From assembly GCA_012295275.1 (NCBI GenBank), contig CM022671.1:4340001-4404000 (forward strand): a stretch of 64,000 nucleotides of DNA, given 5' to 3'. The DNA comes from Chrysomallon squamiferum. Its lineage: Eukaryota; Animalia; Mollusca. Positions 1 through 12,346 of the stretch are shown piece by piece. The notes under the pieces are model-generated. The model made no database searches. It was not told the origin of the DNA and saw only the letters and a list, made by a program, of their open reading frames with translations. Position 1 is the stretch's first letter, and each line of letters opens with the position of its first letter. A program made the translations under genes and the position numbers.

Positions 1-72
1 GACTCCCAAATTGTGCAATATTTTAAAATATAAATTGAAAATAAATGTTTTTCAAGTGAGACTATAACTTAC

Positions 73-434
73 CGTTCATCTATTTTCAAGGCATGTGGGT
101 TGTATCTGGAACAAAGATCTTTAACAGTGGTTCCTGGCGCTAGTCCACAGTACAATGTAAATACATCTCTGTATAGTGGAAGTCTGTGTGCTAAAATAAC
201 ATATATTAATATATCAAATAACTGTTAAAAAATAATAATATGGAGGTGCGTAATGTACATAATGTAAGCATGTATCCCATTGTATGTATACATCTAGATA
301 GAAGGTCAGTAGATCTGTAGGTAGCTAACTAGGTATCTATGTATTTTACTCAAACATATGGCACCCATTTGCATATATATGTATGCATGCATGTATGCAG
401 GCATATTTTTGTGTGTATGTAATAATAATAATAA

Positions 435-465
<31 letters not shown>

Positions 466-3400
466 AAGAAGAAGAAGAAGAAGAAGAATGTTAATATGAT
501 GATGATGATGGTAACGATATCATCTGTTTTGTATTTGCTGTGGCTTTAGAAAAAAAAAAAAAAAAAAAAAAAAAAAAACAACAACAAAACCTAAATACAA
601 TCAGCCAGATTGGAATACCTTTTTTATAAAATTGATAACGTTAAACAACCATTGTTAAATTGCTGTATTTGTTAGAAAATACTGCTTCTATTTGAAAACA
701 GTCAAGATGCAAATATAATCTTACATTTTCTTGCCACAAAATGAATACACTCAGTCTGTAAAGCTCTGTCTTCTGCCAATCGGTTAATATTTGGAGTGAC
801 TGTGTACATGTTTGAATACTGAAACACAAAATAATTTTTGAATCCTAAAATTCAAAAAATATGTATACAGAAAAGTTATTATGTGAAAATAATACTTTAT
901 GCATAGATTCTAAAAAAAAATTGATGTATTTGTCAACCATTAGACACAGCAGATTTGAAATTTGCTGGTCATATACTAACCCATTGAACCTGGTCATATA
1001 CTAATGTGTTGAACCTGAACAGTTAAAATTTTAACCCAAACAAAAAAAATGTTTACATCTGAATGATTAATATTTTTATCATCATTTGTTGTTCATGTCT
1101 TGTTTTTATTAATAATGTTATGCTCATTATATTCTGAGCCAATCAGCTTGTAGAAACTGAAACTGGATATTGAGAATTTGTTCTAGGAACTCAGGGTATG
1201 GGGTACTTGTTTATGTTAGAATGCTGGGTTCAAAATGTTAAAATAATTATCATAAGTTGAACTTATATTTCAGGAAATAATGTTAGTATATGGTAAACAT
1301 TTAAAATAATGATAGTTTTAGTATGTTAGAGAATCAGATAAAGGTAACAGAGAGTGTAATGTTCCTCCACGTCTCCTGTTAGATCTGGATACAGTCTGAA
1401 TTTAATCTCTGAATCTAGTAAAATATTTATTATTATTAATTACCTGAAATATTGAGACTATCTGCACCACTTTATAATGTCTGTAATCAAACAGTTTGAG
1501 AAAGAAAATTACAAAGTGAAATAATTAAATATATAAGAAGAAAATGAAATTATTATAAATTGGTATCCACATGAAACACTATAAAAAATTTTTAAAAAAT
1601 AATAAGCAGAACAAATTAAAAAAAAATAAAAATTAATATTAATATTAAAATGACAAACAAATTTTAAAAAAATAAAAGACTTCAGAAGTTATTTTTTTAA
1701 TTTTTTCTTATGTTATTTATATAACAGTAAAAAAGAAATTTTACAATTACTGTATTTGAAAAAAAATAAACAAAAATATGCAGTAAAGAATTTAATTAAA
1801 AATTATGTAGAATACAAATATTTTAATCATGATTTTTTTTTGTTGGGGTACATTATTATAAATCTATGTAAATAATCTTTGCATAATTTCAAAGTGTTAA
1901 AAAAAAAAAAAAAAAATAAAAAAAAAAAAAATAAAAATAAAAATAAAAAAAAAATAAATGGATATATCTTCAACAAATCTAACCAACAAAAAAAAAAAAA
2001 AAAAAAAAAAAAAAACAACAAGAAAAAACACAAATTGCTAAAACTTAAAATGAAATTGAAAAATGAACAGTGTAAGTGATTACATGAGATTCTGAATGCA
2101 AGCTTTCACCAAGTTTATTTCTACATCTGCTTCTGCAGCCATCTTGGCTACATGAGAAAAACCATCAACATAGTGTAAAACCTGAAACAAATACATTTTT
2201 ACTTTTATTATAATTATACAGTTTAAATACTATTTCAGTTACTACTATTATTACTAATACTGCTACTACTACTACTACTACTACTATTACACCTACTACT
2301 ACTACTACCACAACTACTATTATTATAGCTACTACTACTACTACTACTAATAATAATAATAAGAATAAGAAATCCCTAATAAAAACGCTGATAAATAAAC
2401 CATATACAAACAATAGTGTATACATATAAATATTTAGATGTAAAAATGTATTATATGATAAACTATTTACTAAAAAAGTATTTAAAAATAAGTGAGGTAC
2501 AACCTGCTGAGTTGTCAGGTCCCAAGGGTACTCCATAATTGTTTCCTTGCCATCGACCAGTATGGGTACATCATGATCCTGGACTTGTGGTGGGTGTGAA
2601 ATGGTGGGTGCAACCTTTAGATGGATGGTGCATGATTCTCCTGGTAAAATAATTTTTTGTTAAAGAAATTAGCTTTTTAGAATACGTCAATATATTTATA
2701 AAATATTAAAAATTAAATAAAAGCATCTGTAATTAATTACATACCTTTGTAAATATTAAACTATAAAATAAGAATTAAAATACCATGGAAAATACTGTCA
2801 ATTATAAGAAATAAAGAAATGTTTTATTTTATAATTTACTCAAAACATTTTTAAATTCAGTTGTCTAAATAGTCTAAGAAGGACATATAATGAGAAAGAA
2901 AATCTGCTGCCAATATAAGATCAGCTATTCTTGTTCAGTTAGCAGCAATGTGTTTTTTTTTTAAATATTCCTACCCAGAGACAGGAAAGTATATACCAGG
3001 GTCTTTGCTGAAGAAAGGATGGAGCTCTGGTTTGGATGGGTAATACACAAATATTGATTTAACAGAAAAAGGAAATATTTATGAACTTAATTAAACTTTT
3101 ATAAAATAAAAAAATTTTGTGGAACAATTGTTTGAGTGAATTTATTATGCGAATGAGTAGTAACTGAAAATACCCATAGGAATACTACAATGTCCATTTT
3201 TGTTGAGGCTACTTAAAACTTGTTTGAGAAAATCTGGTATTTGCTGCCTATGATTCTCATTGCTCAGAAAATCATTTTCAAGCTGAAAACAGAAACAAAA
3301 TAAAACAAAATCATCATCATCAAGATTTAATTTTCTACCAAGTAAATTAAAAAAAATAATAATAAAATGTATTATTATTATTATTATTATTATTATTGTT

Positions 3401-5060
3401 ATTATTATTATTTTTTTTTTGCATTTTATTAAGTTGCTGATAATTTAAGGTAAAAAAAAAAAAAATTAAATAAAATAAAAAATTATCATTTACAGGCAAA
3501 TATACTCTCCATTATTTACAACAGATCAAGATTTTTCTTATTCAGATTCTGTATTTCATAATTATAAAAATCACATATTGAATATATTATCAACCAAATC
3601 TTGTCCACATTTTAAAAAAACCTCCAAAACAATCTTAGAAGCTAATGAAAAAACAATGCTTTAAATTAGTTAACTGTTTGATTAAAAGAATAAACTTGGT
3701 TAATTAACTAATCTACATTTTGTAGTGAGGAATTTAGACTTTATTTCATTAACAATGGATTAATGTATTAGCTGAGAATTTCTATTATCAAAGATATAAA
3801 TCACATAATAAATTAATTAAACCAGAAAGCTGAAATTTCTTTCTTTTTTTTTCTTTTTCTTTCATTAATCAGTCTTACTTTTGTTTTATGTATGTTTTTG
3901 GGGGTTTTCAGGTTTTTTTTGGTTTGTTTGTTTGTTTTATTTCCTTATTAAATATTGAAATAGAAGAAGAAAAAAAAAAGAACAAAGTAAAATTTAGAAG
4001 CTAGAAATAATAATTATATATATATATACTTGTGACAACAGTAAAATAATTAATTTGTATACAAATATGAACAGATTACCTCCAGCTGTGTGAGATAGGC
4101 TGCCAGCTTCTTGACCACTGGGCCATAATTACATGTAGAAGTGTTTTTATCAAATACAAAACACAGATTGAAAATTAGTGCATTTCTAGCATATTTGGAA
4201 TCATCTATTACAACAGGGCAGCCAACAAATTTGTATCCCAAAGCATTGCTTAAAAATAAAAACAAATAAATAAATAAACATTGTAATGTATTTGATCAGT
4301 TTTAACAATGACACTATCATTATAATTACGTTGAGGATATAAAGAAAAAAAAATTATATAGTTTATTAATTTCTATAAAAAAAAAATAATAATAAAAAAA
4401 AAAACGCTGACACAAAAAGTGACAGGTTCTTGCGAATGTTATGTAACCTGATTTTAAAAGTGAGAGACAGAAAAATAGAGAAAACAACAAGAGGTAAAAA
4501 AAAATTAATATGAAATTACATGGAAACAATATATTAATTAACAAAACATTTAATTAAAATATATTGGCAATAATCACATGGTAATCAGTCGGTTCTTTAA
4601 TTCTGGTTTGGTGATTATGTAGATCTGTATACACTCAAATTTTGTTACGAAATCTTCAGGAACCTATAAAATAATAACACGTTTTTGTTTATTTTTTAAA
4701 ATTATTATTAGCTAATATATTTTAGATGGTTTATTAAAATTTATAAAACTTATAAAATTAATTAAAATTTTTTATACTATATCTTTAAATATGTGTTATA
4801 TGTCATACAGTAATATTTATTTATAATTATAATTTAAATTTAAAGCAACTGTAAGTGTAACAGTGTAAGCGAAAGCGGGCTTCCTTTGGCTTAAAATGTT
4901 AACATTTATAGAATATGCAAAATAATTCTGAATTATTATAAAATACAAATATGACAATTAAATATAAAACTAGTCTAATGAATGACAATACCTGATATGT
5001 AATCTTTGGACCAGCCTTTGGATGGAATTCACTAAAAAATATACATTTGATAGCAGACAT
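73..5060 (-). CDS. NPRL2: GATOR1 complex subunit NPRL2, 3'-partial (continues beyond the left edge)
   Basis: Nine GT-AG exons with consistent phases: 5060-4992 [23 protein letters not shown]; 4663-4578 [28 protein letters not shown]; 4248-4080 [45 protein letters not shown]; 3282-3174; 2640-2504 ..IHLKV..DVPI..WDLTTQQ; 2181-2084 [32 protein letters not shown]; 1480-1444; 818-725 YSNMY..; 190-73 ..[23 protein letters not shown]. Collinear with human NPRL2 as recalled ([33 protein letters not shown]). Confidence 0.96.
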
Positions 5061-5236
5061 CACTTTCTGGTTTTCTTACAATTGTCTCCCTTACATTATC
5101 AACTGTTCCTTTTCAGTGATGCGCTATGCTACTAAATTACTGAATTAACATAGCCACTAATAACCAGTCAGATGATAACTAACCTTTGGCACGTTTATCG
5201 TGAAACAAAATAAGGGCATGAAATAATTATTTTCAC
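5061..5236. promoter_or_regulatory. Bidirectional promoter and 5' UTR interval shared by NPRL2 and CYB561D2
   Basis: Only 176 bp separate the divergent start codons (5060 minus, 5237 plus). Confidence 0.8.
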
Positions 5237-6028
5237 ATGTTAACAGAAACTGACGTCCAGTCTGGAAAGACAGTTTCGACACTGCAATCACTACTAGTTT
5301 TTATTATCACAATGGTGGCACATATAGTTTCAGTCTTATTCACAGGTTTCATTGTTTACACGGCATGGCCTGGGTCCAGTAAGTTAAATTTAACAGTAAA
5401 ATTTAATTGCTAATTGTTGAATTAAAAAAGAGTAATAATCAAATATTTTAAAACGCTGAGTAGGCAGTACCTCACTTTTTATTATCGTAAGTGGCAGATT
5501 CTAAATTAGTCAAAGTTCGGGTATTTAATTTTATAGATATTTAAAAAGTAAAATGTTAAAATGATAATAATAATATTAATAATTAAATAAGAAATTAATT
5601 ACATAGTTACATTTTGCAGATTATGTAAAGTATTATCATTCAGTTTACGGATGTACTAGATCACGTTTTCACACATATTCTTAAATACCTTCCTACTTGC
5701 AACTGAATGATGGATCTAAATGTTTCAGTGTGGATTGCATCATTCAGTTTGACATATGCGTTAAATAAAAAGAAGAATAAGATAAACTTACGGAAATACG
5801 ATAATTAAAAGGAAACTTTTTAATTAATTAATTAATTTATTTATTTTTTATTTTTTATTATTTGACTTTCTTGCCAATAAATTATTCCTTTCAAAAACTA
5901 AACTTATTTATTAAAAAGATGAAAAATAATAATAATATAAAAAAAAAAAATCTGGGGCAGAGAGAAGCCCCAAATTATGCCATGAAAAAAATTAAGACAT
6001 TTATAGTATAATAATAATAATAATAATA

Positions 6029-6072
<44 letters not shown>

Positions 6073-6960
6073 ACTAAATAATAAATAATAAAACAAATAA
6101 ATTGGAATATTAATAATAATGAAATCAAAAACACCTTTTTCTGTTTTTAGAAATTACTTTTATATAATATTTTTAAATTTATTTATTTATTTTAAATAGA
6201 TTTATTTAAAGTTTATTTTACAGTGAATAAAAGAATATTTAATAAAAATCAGAAATTTTTATGTTTGTTTAATACTTAGGACCCCCAGAGGGGTCACCAG
6301 CATTTTTTCTGGGGGTCATGAGATTGTTCTTGAGCGAGGGTGTGTTTTGGCTTTTTCAGCTTGGCTTTGAAGGAGGAATAAATAAAAACATGTAGATAGG
6401 TTTGGGACCAGTCACAGTGAATACAAATTCCTTTTGTACTGTCTTTGGTTGATGACAATATAGTAACCCTAGATATTACTGAATCAAAATTTTTAAAGGG
6501 GTCATCAGTCAAATTGAATTGCTCATAAGGGGTCGTGGTATGAAAAAGGTTGAAGACCAGTGGTTTAATGAAAGAAAATGATTTCTTAAAATGTTCTGCA
6601 CAATAACAGACCTTTGATATCTTAATTTAAGAGATTAATCTATTTATCCTACTTTATAAAATTTATTTTTCTCATTTTTTTGCAGGTTTGTTTTCCTGGC
6701 ACCCCACCTTAATGTCCATTGCAGTAAGTTAAAAATAAAATTGTTTTATTTATTTTACTTACATTTTGTTATAGCATTTTTAAATTATTGTTTTATATTT
6801 ATTTATAATCACTATAAATTTTTATTTGTAATATTTATTTATTTTTGATGTTTACATATCTGTACAGATACTGTCAACAAAACTTTGGATATATTTGTTT
6901 AATGTTTCAGTTAAAGATTGTAGAGCAGAAAAATTGAAATAAATAAAAAACAAATATAAA

Positions 6961-7027
<67 letters not shown>

Positions 7028-7616
7028 TAGTGTGTGTGTGTTGTAGTTGAATAAACAATACATTTGATTAATTCTACATTATTTATTTTTATCTGTTTCA
7101 GTTCATGTTCCTGCTGTTTGAAGGAATCCTTGTATTTTCTCCACAAAGCTCCTCTGTTCTTCACTCTCACGAAAAGCAAAGCTAACAGTTCATTGGTTGC
7201 TGCACGTTTCTGCATTCTGTTGTTGTGTTGCCGGATTCCTTGTCATCTGGTACAACAAAAACCTCAACAACAAATACCATTTCACCACGTGGCACGGCTT
7301 GATAGGGGTCATCACCGTTGGTTACCTCTGCATTCAGATGCTAGGAGGAACCGTAGGAAAATACCCGCAAATGTTAAACCTCTTTAAAATCAAAGTGAGA
7401 CTCGCAGATTTGAGAATGGTGCATGCGACGTCAGGGTTGTTGTTGTATCTGTTGATTTCGGTCACCTTCATCTTGGCGATGTTCAGTAACTGGTTTGTTG
7501 GCAATATTACGGGAACCACGTGGTTTGGTTGTTTTGGGTGTATTTCGTGTTTAGCGTTAATTGTTATGAATCAGATCACTAATGCTTATCTGCCACGAGG
7601 AAAAGCTGTTAAATAA
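5237..7616 (+). CDS. CYB561D2: Cytochrome b561 domain-containing protein 2-like transmembrane reductase, about 231 aa; apparent 1-nt frameshift in exon 3
   Basis: Exons 5237-5378 (MLTETD..AHIVSVLFTGFIVYTAWPGS), 6686-6723 (SLFSWHPTLMSIA) and 7102-7616 (FMFLLFEGILVFSPQSS / LSRKAKLTVHWLLH..HFTTWHG..MVHATSG..IMNQITNAYLPRGKAVK*). All four heme-ligating His are present (SWHP, VHW, TWHG, VHATSG). Matches recalled human CYB561D2 (PGSSLFSWHP..HATSG..IMNQVSNAYL). Confidence 0.9.
6279..6562. mobile_element. Non-autonomous hAT/Charlie-like DNA transposon (MITE) remnant in CYB561D2 intron 1
   Basis: The right end, read on the minus strand, is CACTGGTCTTCAACCTTTTTCATACCACGACCCC, resembling CAGTGGTTCTCAACC-type hAT termini. 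Internal GGGGTC/GACCCC motifs are present; the left terminus is eroded. Confidence 0.55.
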
Positions 7617-9851
7617 TTTAATTTTTTTTTTTGTTTATATATAGAACATTGTTTTTTTAAACTCAAGTAATTCTCAAGTGAAATATGACATGAACTCTAA
7701 AAATGACCCAAAATGGAGATAGAATGATGTATACATGCATGCACAGTTGTATACTGACAATATGACTTACTGCATGGATGTGTACATTTACAAATACACT
7801 TTAATACTTTTTCAAAAATACATGCAGATATACTCGTACATGAACATGTTATTGTGCAAACACACACACACACACTACATTGTAAGTTAAATCTTTTTAA
7901 TAAAAAATAAACTTCAATACTTTAAAGAAAGCAGAGGGTATAATCACAACAATGTGTATTTACACAGATAAACATAATTTGAATATTTTTAATTTTGCTT
8001 TATATACTATGCTTTATCTTTAAGATATGCTTATAAATGCAAATACGCAACTTGAAGTTTGAGGAAATATTTTATTCAAAATGTTTATCTAATAATTTTA
8101 CCTTTTTACAAACATATTTGCTTTCTTTTTACAATCTTTGTTTTCATAACATCACCATTTAGTGTTCAGTGGTCTGTTGTATCGTTTTTCATTAGTGATC
8201 TAAAATCATGTATCAATAGTTCTTTCATTTATGATCTAAAAGTATTAGTCCACCTAATTATATCTTTATTCACTGTTATTAGAATTAGTGATTTTAAGTG
8301 ACATATGATCACTATTATGAATGGTTCATTTTGTGGTATCGTTAATTAGTCAGTTTGGAAAGACATGCAATCACTGGCTGTTTTAGTCTAGTGAATTGTA
8401 TCATTGTTATGTTATATTATACTTAGTGCTAGTGACTGTATCACCATTTGTTAGTGATTTATTGTCAGTATTATGTTGTCCTGGTTGTATCATTAATCAC
8501 TAGTGATTTAAAATCTTGGACAAGTGTTAAAATTTACTTGTCAAGTCTTTTTATTTTTATTTGTAATGTTTATTGTAATAGATTTTGCATGTTAGCTTTA
8601 CTGTCTTTTAAGGGGGTAAAGAATGCAAAAGGAATGAATAAAATACTGGTGACATTTCCTTTCATTCAGTTTAATTCAAGCTTAACAGACAACTGATAAA
8701 AGGTATGTAGTTTTTTGTAATATTGCTTTTGATGCCGTCATATAATAGCTGATGCTTGATTTTTTTTTTTTTTTTTATCATCTCTTTTTCAAGATCTATT
8801 TTCAACAAATAGGAAAACACATACCATTGCTATCAATACAGAGGTTCTAGGGAACAGGGTGGAATGGGAAATAAAATAATTAAATACTTATATGAGAAAT
8901 GATCCTGAGATTAATTTTATAAATATAATAATATTAAAGCTGATTATTCATAAATATTTGCAGTTAATTTATTATACACACAGGAAAAAATTAATAAATA
9001 TTAGAAAAATTAAGATCATAAATTGATTATTTTAATATGACAGGTGTTTTTATTTTTATAAATATAAATTTGTTTTAGGCAAACAGTTAAACAATATTGT
9101 TGAAATAAAGAATATTATAAATAAATGTGTTTTGAGTATTTTATTATTGTATATGTTTGTTGGTTTTGGGTTGTTTTTTTTTTTTTTTTTTTTTTGTGCT
9201 GGTTGTTATTTTTCAAGGTAAAACATACAAACAATACTGTGAATGTTCGTCTTCAAATTAATTACTTTTATGTTTATCATACTTTTCCAAGAATATATCG
9301 GCACCATTCCCTAAACTAAAATAAAGAAACTTTCCATGACGTAGAATATAAACTTGACCTCATACAAGTGTGTCAATGTGACCAATCATCAGTGACTTCC
9401 TGGTAGGGCAAATAGAACATGCACCTGCCCATACTTATTTGATGGTCATCAGTGCTAAACGATGATATTCATTTATTGATAAATTATTCTTTTATAGTTA
9501 GAAAAGTTCTAAATGATGGTCAGAAGCAAAAATTTCTCCAACTTTAACGAACAGACAAAGTTAAAAATAATTTTATTCTAATTAAGATAGTACGAACCTG
9601 ATGTCGGTCGCTTAATTAAGTGAACGTTGTATTTGCAGACAGGAAGACATATTTTGCGCGAACATCTGTGACTGATTGGAGAGCACCTTTTTTTTAGAAA
9701 CTAATAAATAATTCTCATTTGTTAATAACAAGCCTAACATAAAAAAATATTTGAGTGAAGAAAAAGTAAGTAAATAAATAAATTAGTCACATTTATATAT
9801 CCAACTCTGAGGGTTTCCCTTAAGAATGTGACTCTTTTCCTAGTCGGTTCA

Positions 9852-9908
<57 letters not shown>

Positions 9909-10162
9909 GTGTGTGTTGTGTGTGTGTTATGAAATGGTACTCGAGTTTGTGTTAGCTTAGGGAAATAAATTATGTTAAACATGTAATTATTAATTAAAAT
10001 CCAAATTAAAAATAAAAACAAACACAGTTTATAATACATGTAGTAATTTATTGAATTATCACAGAGGTGAAATGATGTACGTCTGTATGTATAATTTGTA
10101 AATAATATTAAAAATAATTAACATGCACATCTTTAGGATAATCTGTCTCAAAATCAGTAAAA

Positions 10163-10233
<71 letters not shown>

Positions 10234-10441
10234 GTAGTAGTAGTAAGTAATAACAGAAAAAAAAAAAAAAATTCGATTGATATGCCCACAAAAACCCGCC
10301 AGATACAGACCTGTAAAATATTATTGCTCTGAAGATTTTCATACCTACAAATATTAAAATTATTAAGTTTATAGAGTTCAAAAGCCATATTCATCATAAT
10401 CTTATCCCATTGTCAGTTTGTGAATATGTTGTCTTTTCTAT

Positions 10442-10518
<77 letters not shown>

Positions 10519-10714
10519 ATCATTATTAAACATACCTTCACATGCACACAAATACTGTAATTGTGTATCACCTATATGCTTCTATAACGATTTAACAGTG
10601 TATTATAAACAAAATCCATATAATGTTTAATGGAGTTTTAATTAGAACCCAATCAATATTATTTAACTTAGTATAGCCTGCATATTATATTCTCCATGGA
10701 TTATTTCTTCCACC

Positions 10715-10727
10715 GTTGCTTAGCAAC
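10715..10727. promoter_or_regulatory. RFX X-box-like palindrome GTTGCTTAGCAAC
   Basis: Near-perfect match to the RFX inverted-repeat consensus, 1.6 kb downstream of the 431-aa gene. Motif match only. Confidence 0.35.
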
Positions 10728-11051
10728 TGTTCATCCATTGTTATTCCGCCTCTAACAGTGTTATCGTATGTCTATTTGAAACTGTTCTATTGATCACTCT
10801 TTTGATGATAATAATAATAATAATAATACCTAGAAAAATATAAATAAAGAAAAATTTCCAGGAAGGTAATATGAGATAAAAAATAAAACGGGAGTCGCTG
10901 TTTATCAGCGACCACATATCAGAAATATTAGCCAATCATTTTTCTAGTTACAAACATCAGATAATCCTGTTGTAATAAACCCGGATTTTTCTGTGACGGT
11001 TTAGGTTACTGATTTATAACACACAACGCAAATAGAAGGCTTTTGATGTTA

Positions 11052-11086
<35 letters not shown>

Positions 11087-11573
11087 CTAGAATTTTTTTT
11101 AAAGAGGCCAGTTTATCATCTGTCATATGAAACTAAAATGTCGTTATTGTTTGTCTCGGGTTTTACGTCATTCTTCTAATAACGTGCTTGTGGTCAACAA
11201 TAATTAATAAAAGTGTCAGTCTTTGTTGAATCAGTGTTTTATTTTTGGCATATATATAATAGAATATTTCGACCGACATCAATATTTTACGTACTCACAT
11301 ACCGAACCAAATTTTCAATAATACGAGAGACAGTACCTTTTGTTTTAAAATATACGTCGCTTGAGTGTAAGTGTGTTTGTTTACATAAGCCTCAATGTCA
11401 ATCAGTATACGTCACCAGATCATATTAACCGATTTATTTCTGGTTGCTAGATTGATCCTGCTGTTTCGATATACGTAACTGCCACGCTTAGTTTGCTATA
11501 CTGATCGAAAAAAGAAATAGTTCATAGGAACAGCGCTTACAGTCAACACCAAGCAATAATGTTGTTGTTGTTG

Positions 11574-11651
<78 letters not shown>

Positions 11652-12157
11652 GTAGTAGTAGTAGTAGTAAGAAACTATACGAAATCAATGAAATAAAGAA
11701 ACATGTTAAATAAAAGTTTACTGTATATTCTAATAAAATAATATTTAAATGTAAATATTATATCACTGTTTTAATACGCAATGGTTCTTCGATTTAAAAA
11801 AAAATATATCTTTTGTGTTTATAATAATAGATATATATAATTTTGATCTAGTGTAATTACGTACATATATAAACACAAAATATGCTTCCGTCAATACATT
11901 AATAATAGACTAAAACAGCGTAACAGATAAATTAATTAATTAAAAATAAATAGTACCAGACAAAATTTGTATTATCAGAATGACTAGGTGTGAATACACT
12001 TTGTAATAATGTTATTATATTTATCACCTGTGGAAATAATAATAATAATAATAAGTATAACATTTTTAAAAAAAATTCTTTAAAAATGAGGTAAAATAAA
12101 ATAAAATAAAAATAAATAATAATAATGAAAAATAAATTAAAAATAATTAATTGATGA

Positions 12158-12206
<49 letters not shown>

Positions 12207-12346
12207 TCAACAACGACGGAAAGAAACTTAGGTATTTTGATATCAAATAAACTTACTTAAATTAAGAAGAAATCTTTTTTGTTTTATTAATCTGCTAAGA
12301 ACAATAACGTTCCTACATCCTCACTTTGCACGTGGTTTTGCCAACA

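Noticed and set aside
2905-3046. Two adjacent hairpins in NPRL2 intron 4 resembling an H/ACA snoRNA
   Set aside because: On the host sense strand there is no ACA box after the second hairpin and the H-box match falls in a poly-A run; the antisense strand has an ACA but no H box.
8140-8520. Recurring TTAGTGAT words downstream of CYB561D2
   Set aside because: Too degenerate to define units or function from the sequence alone.
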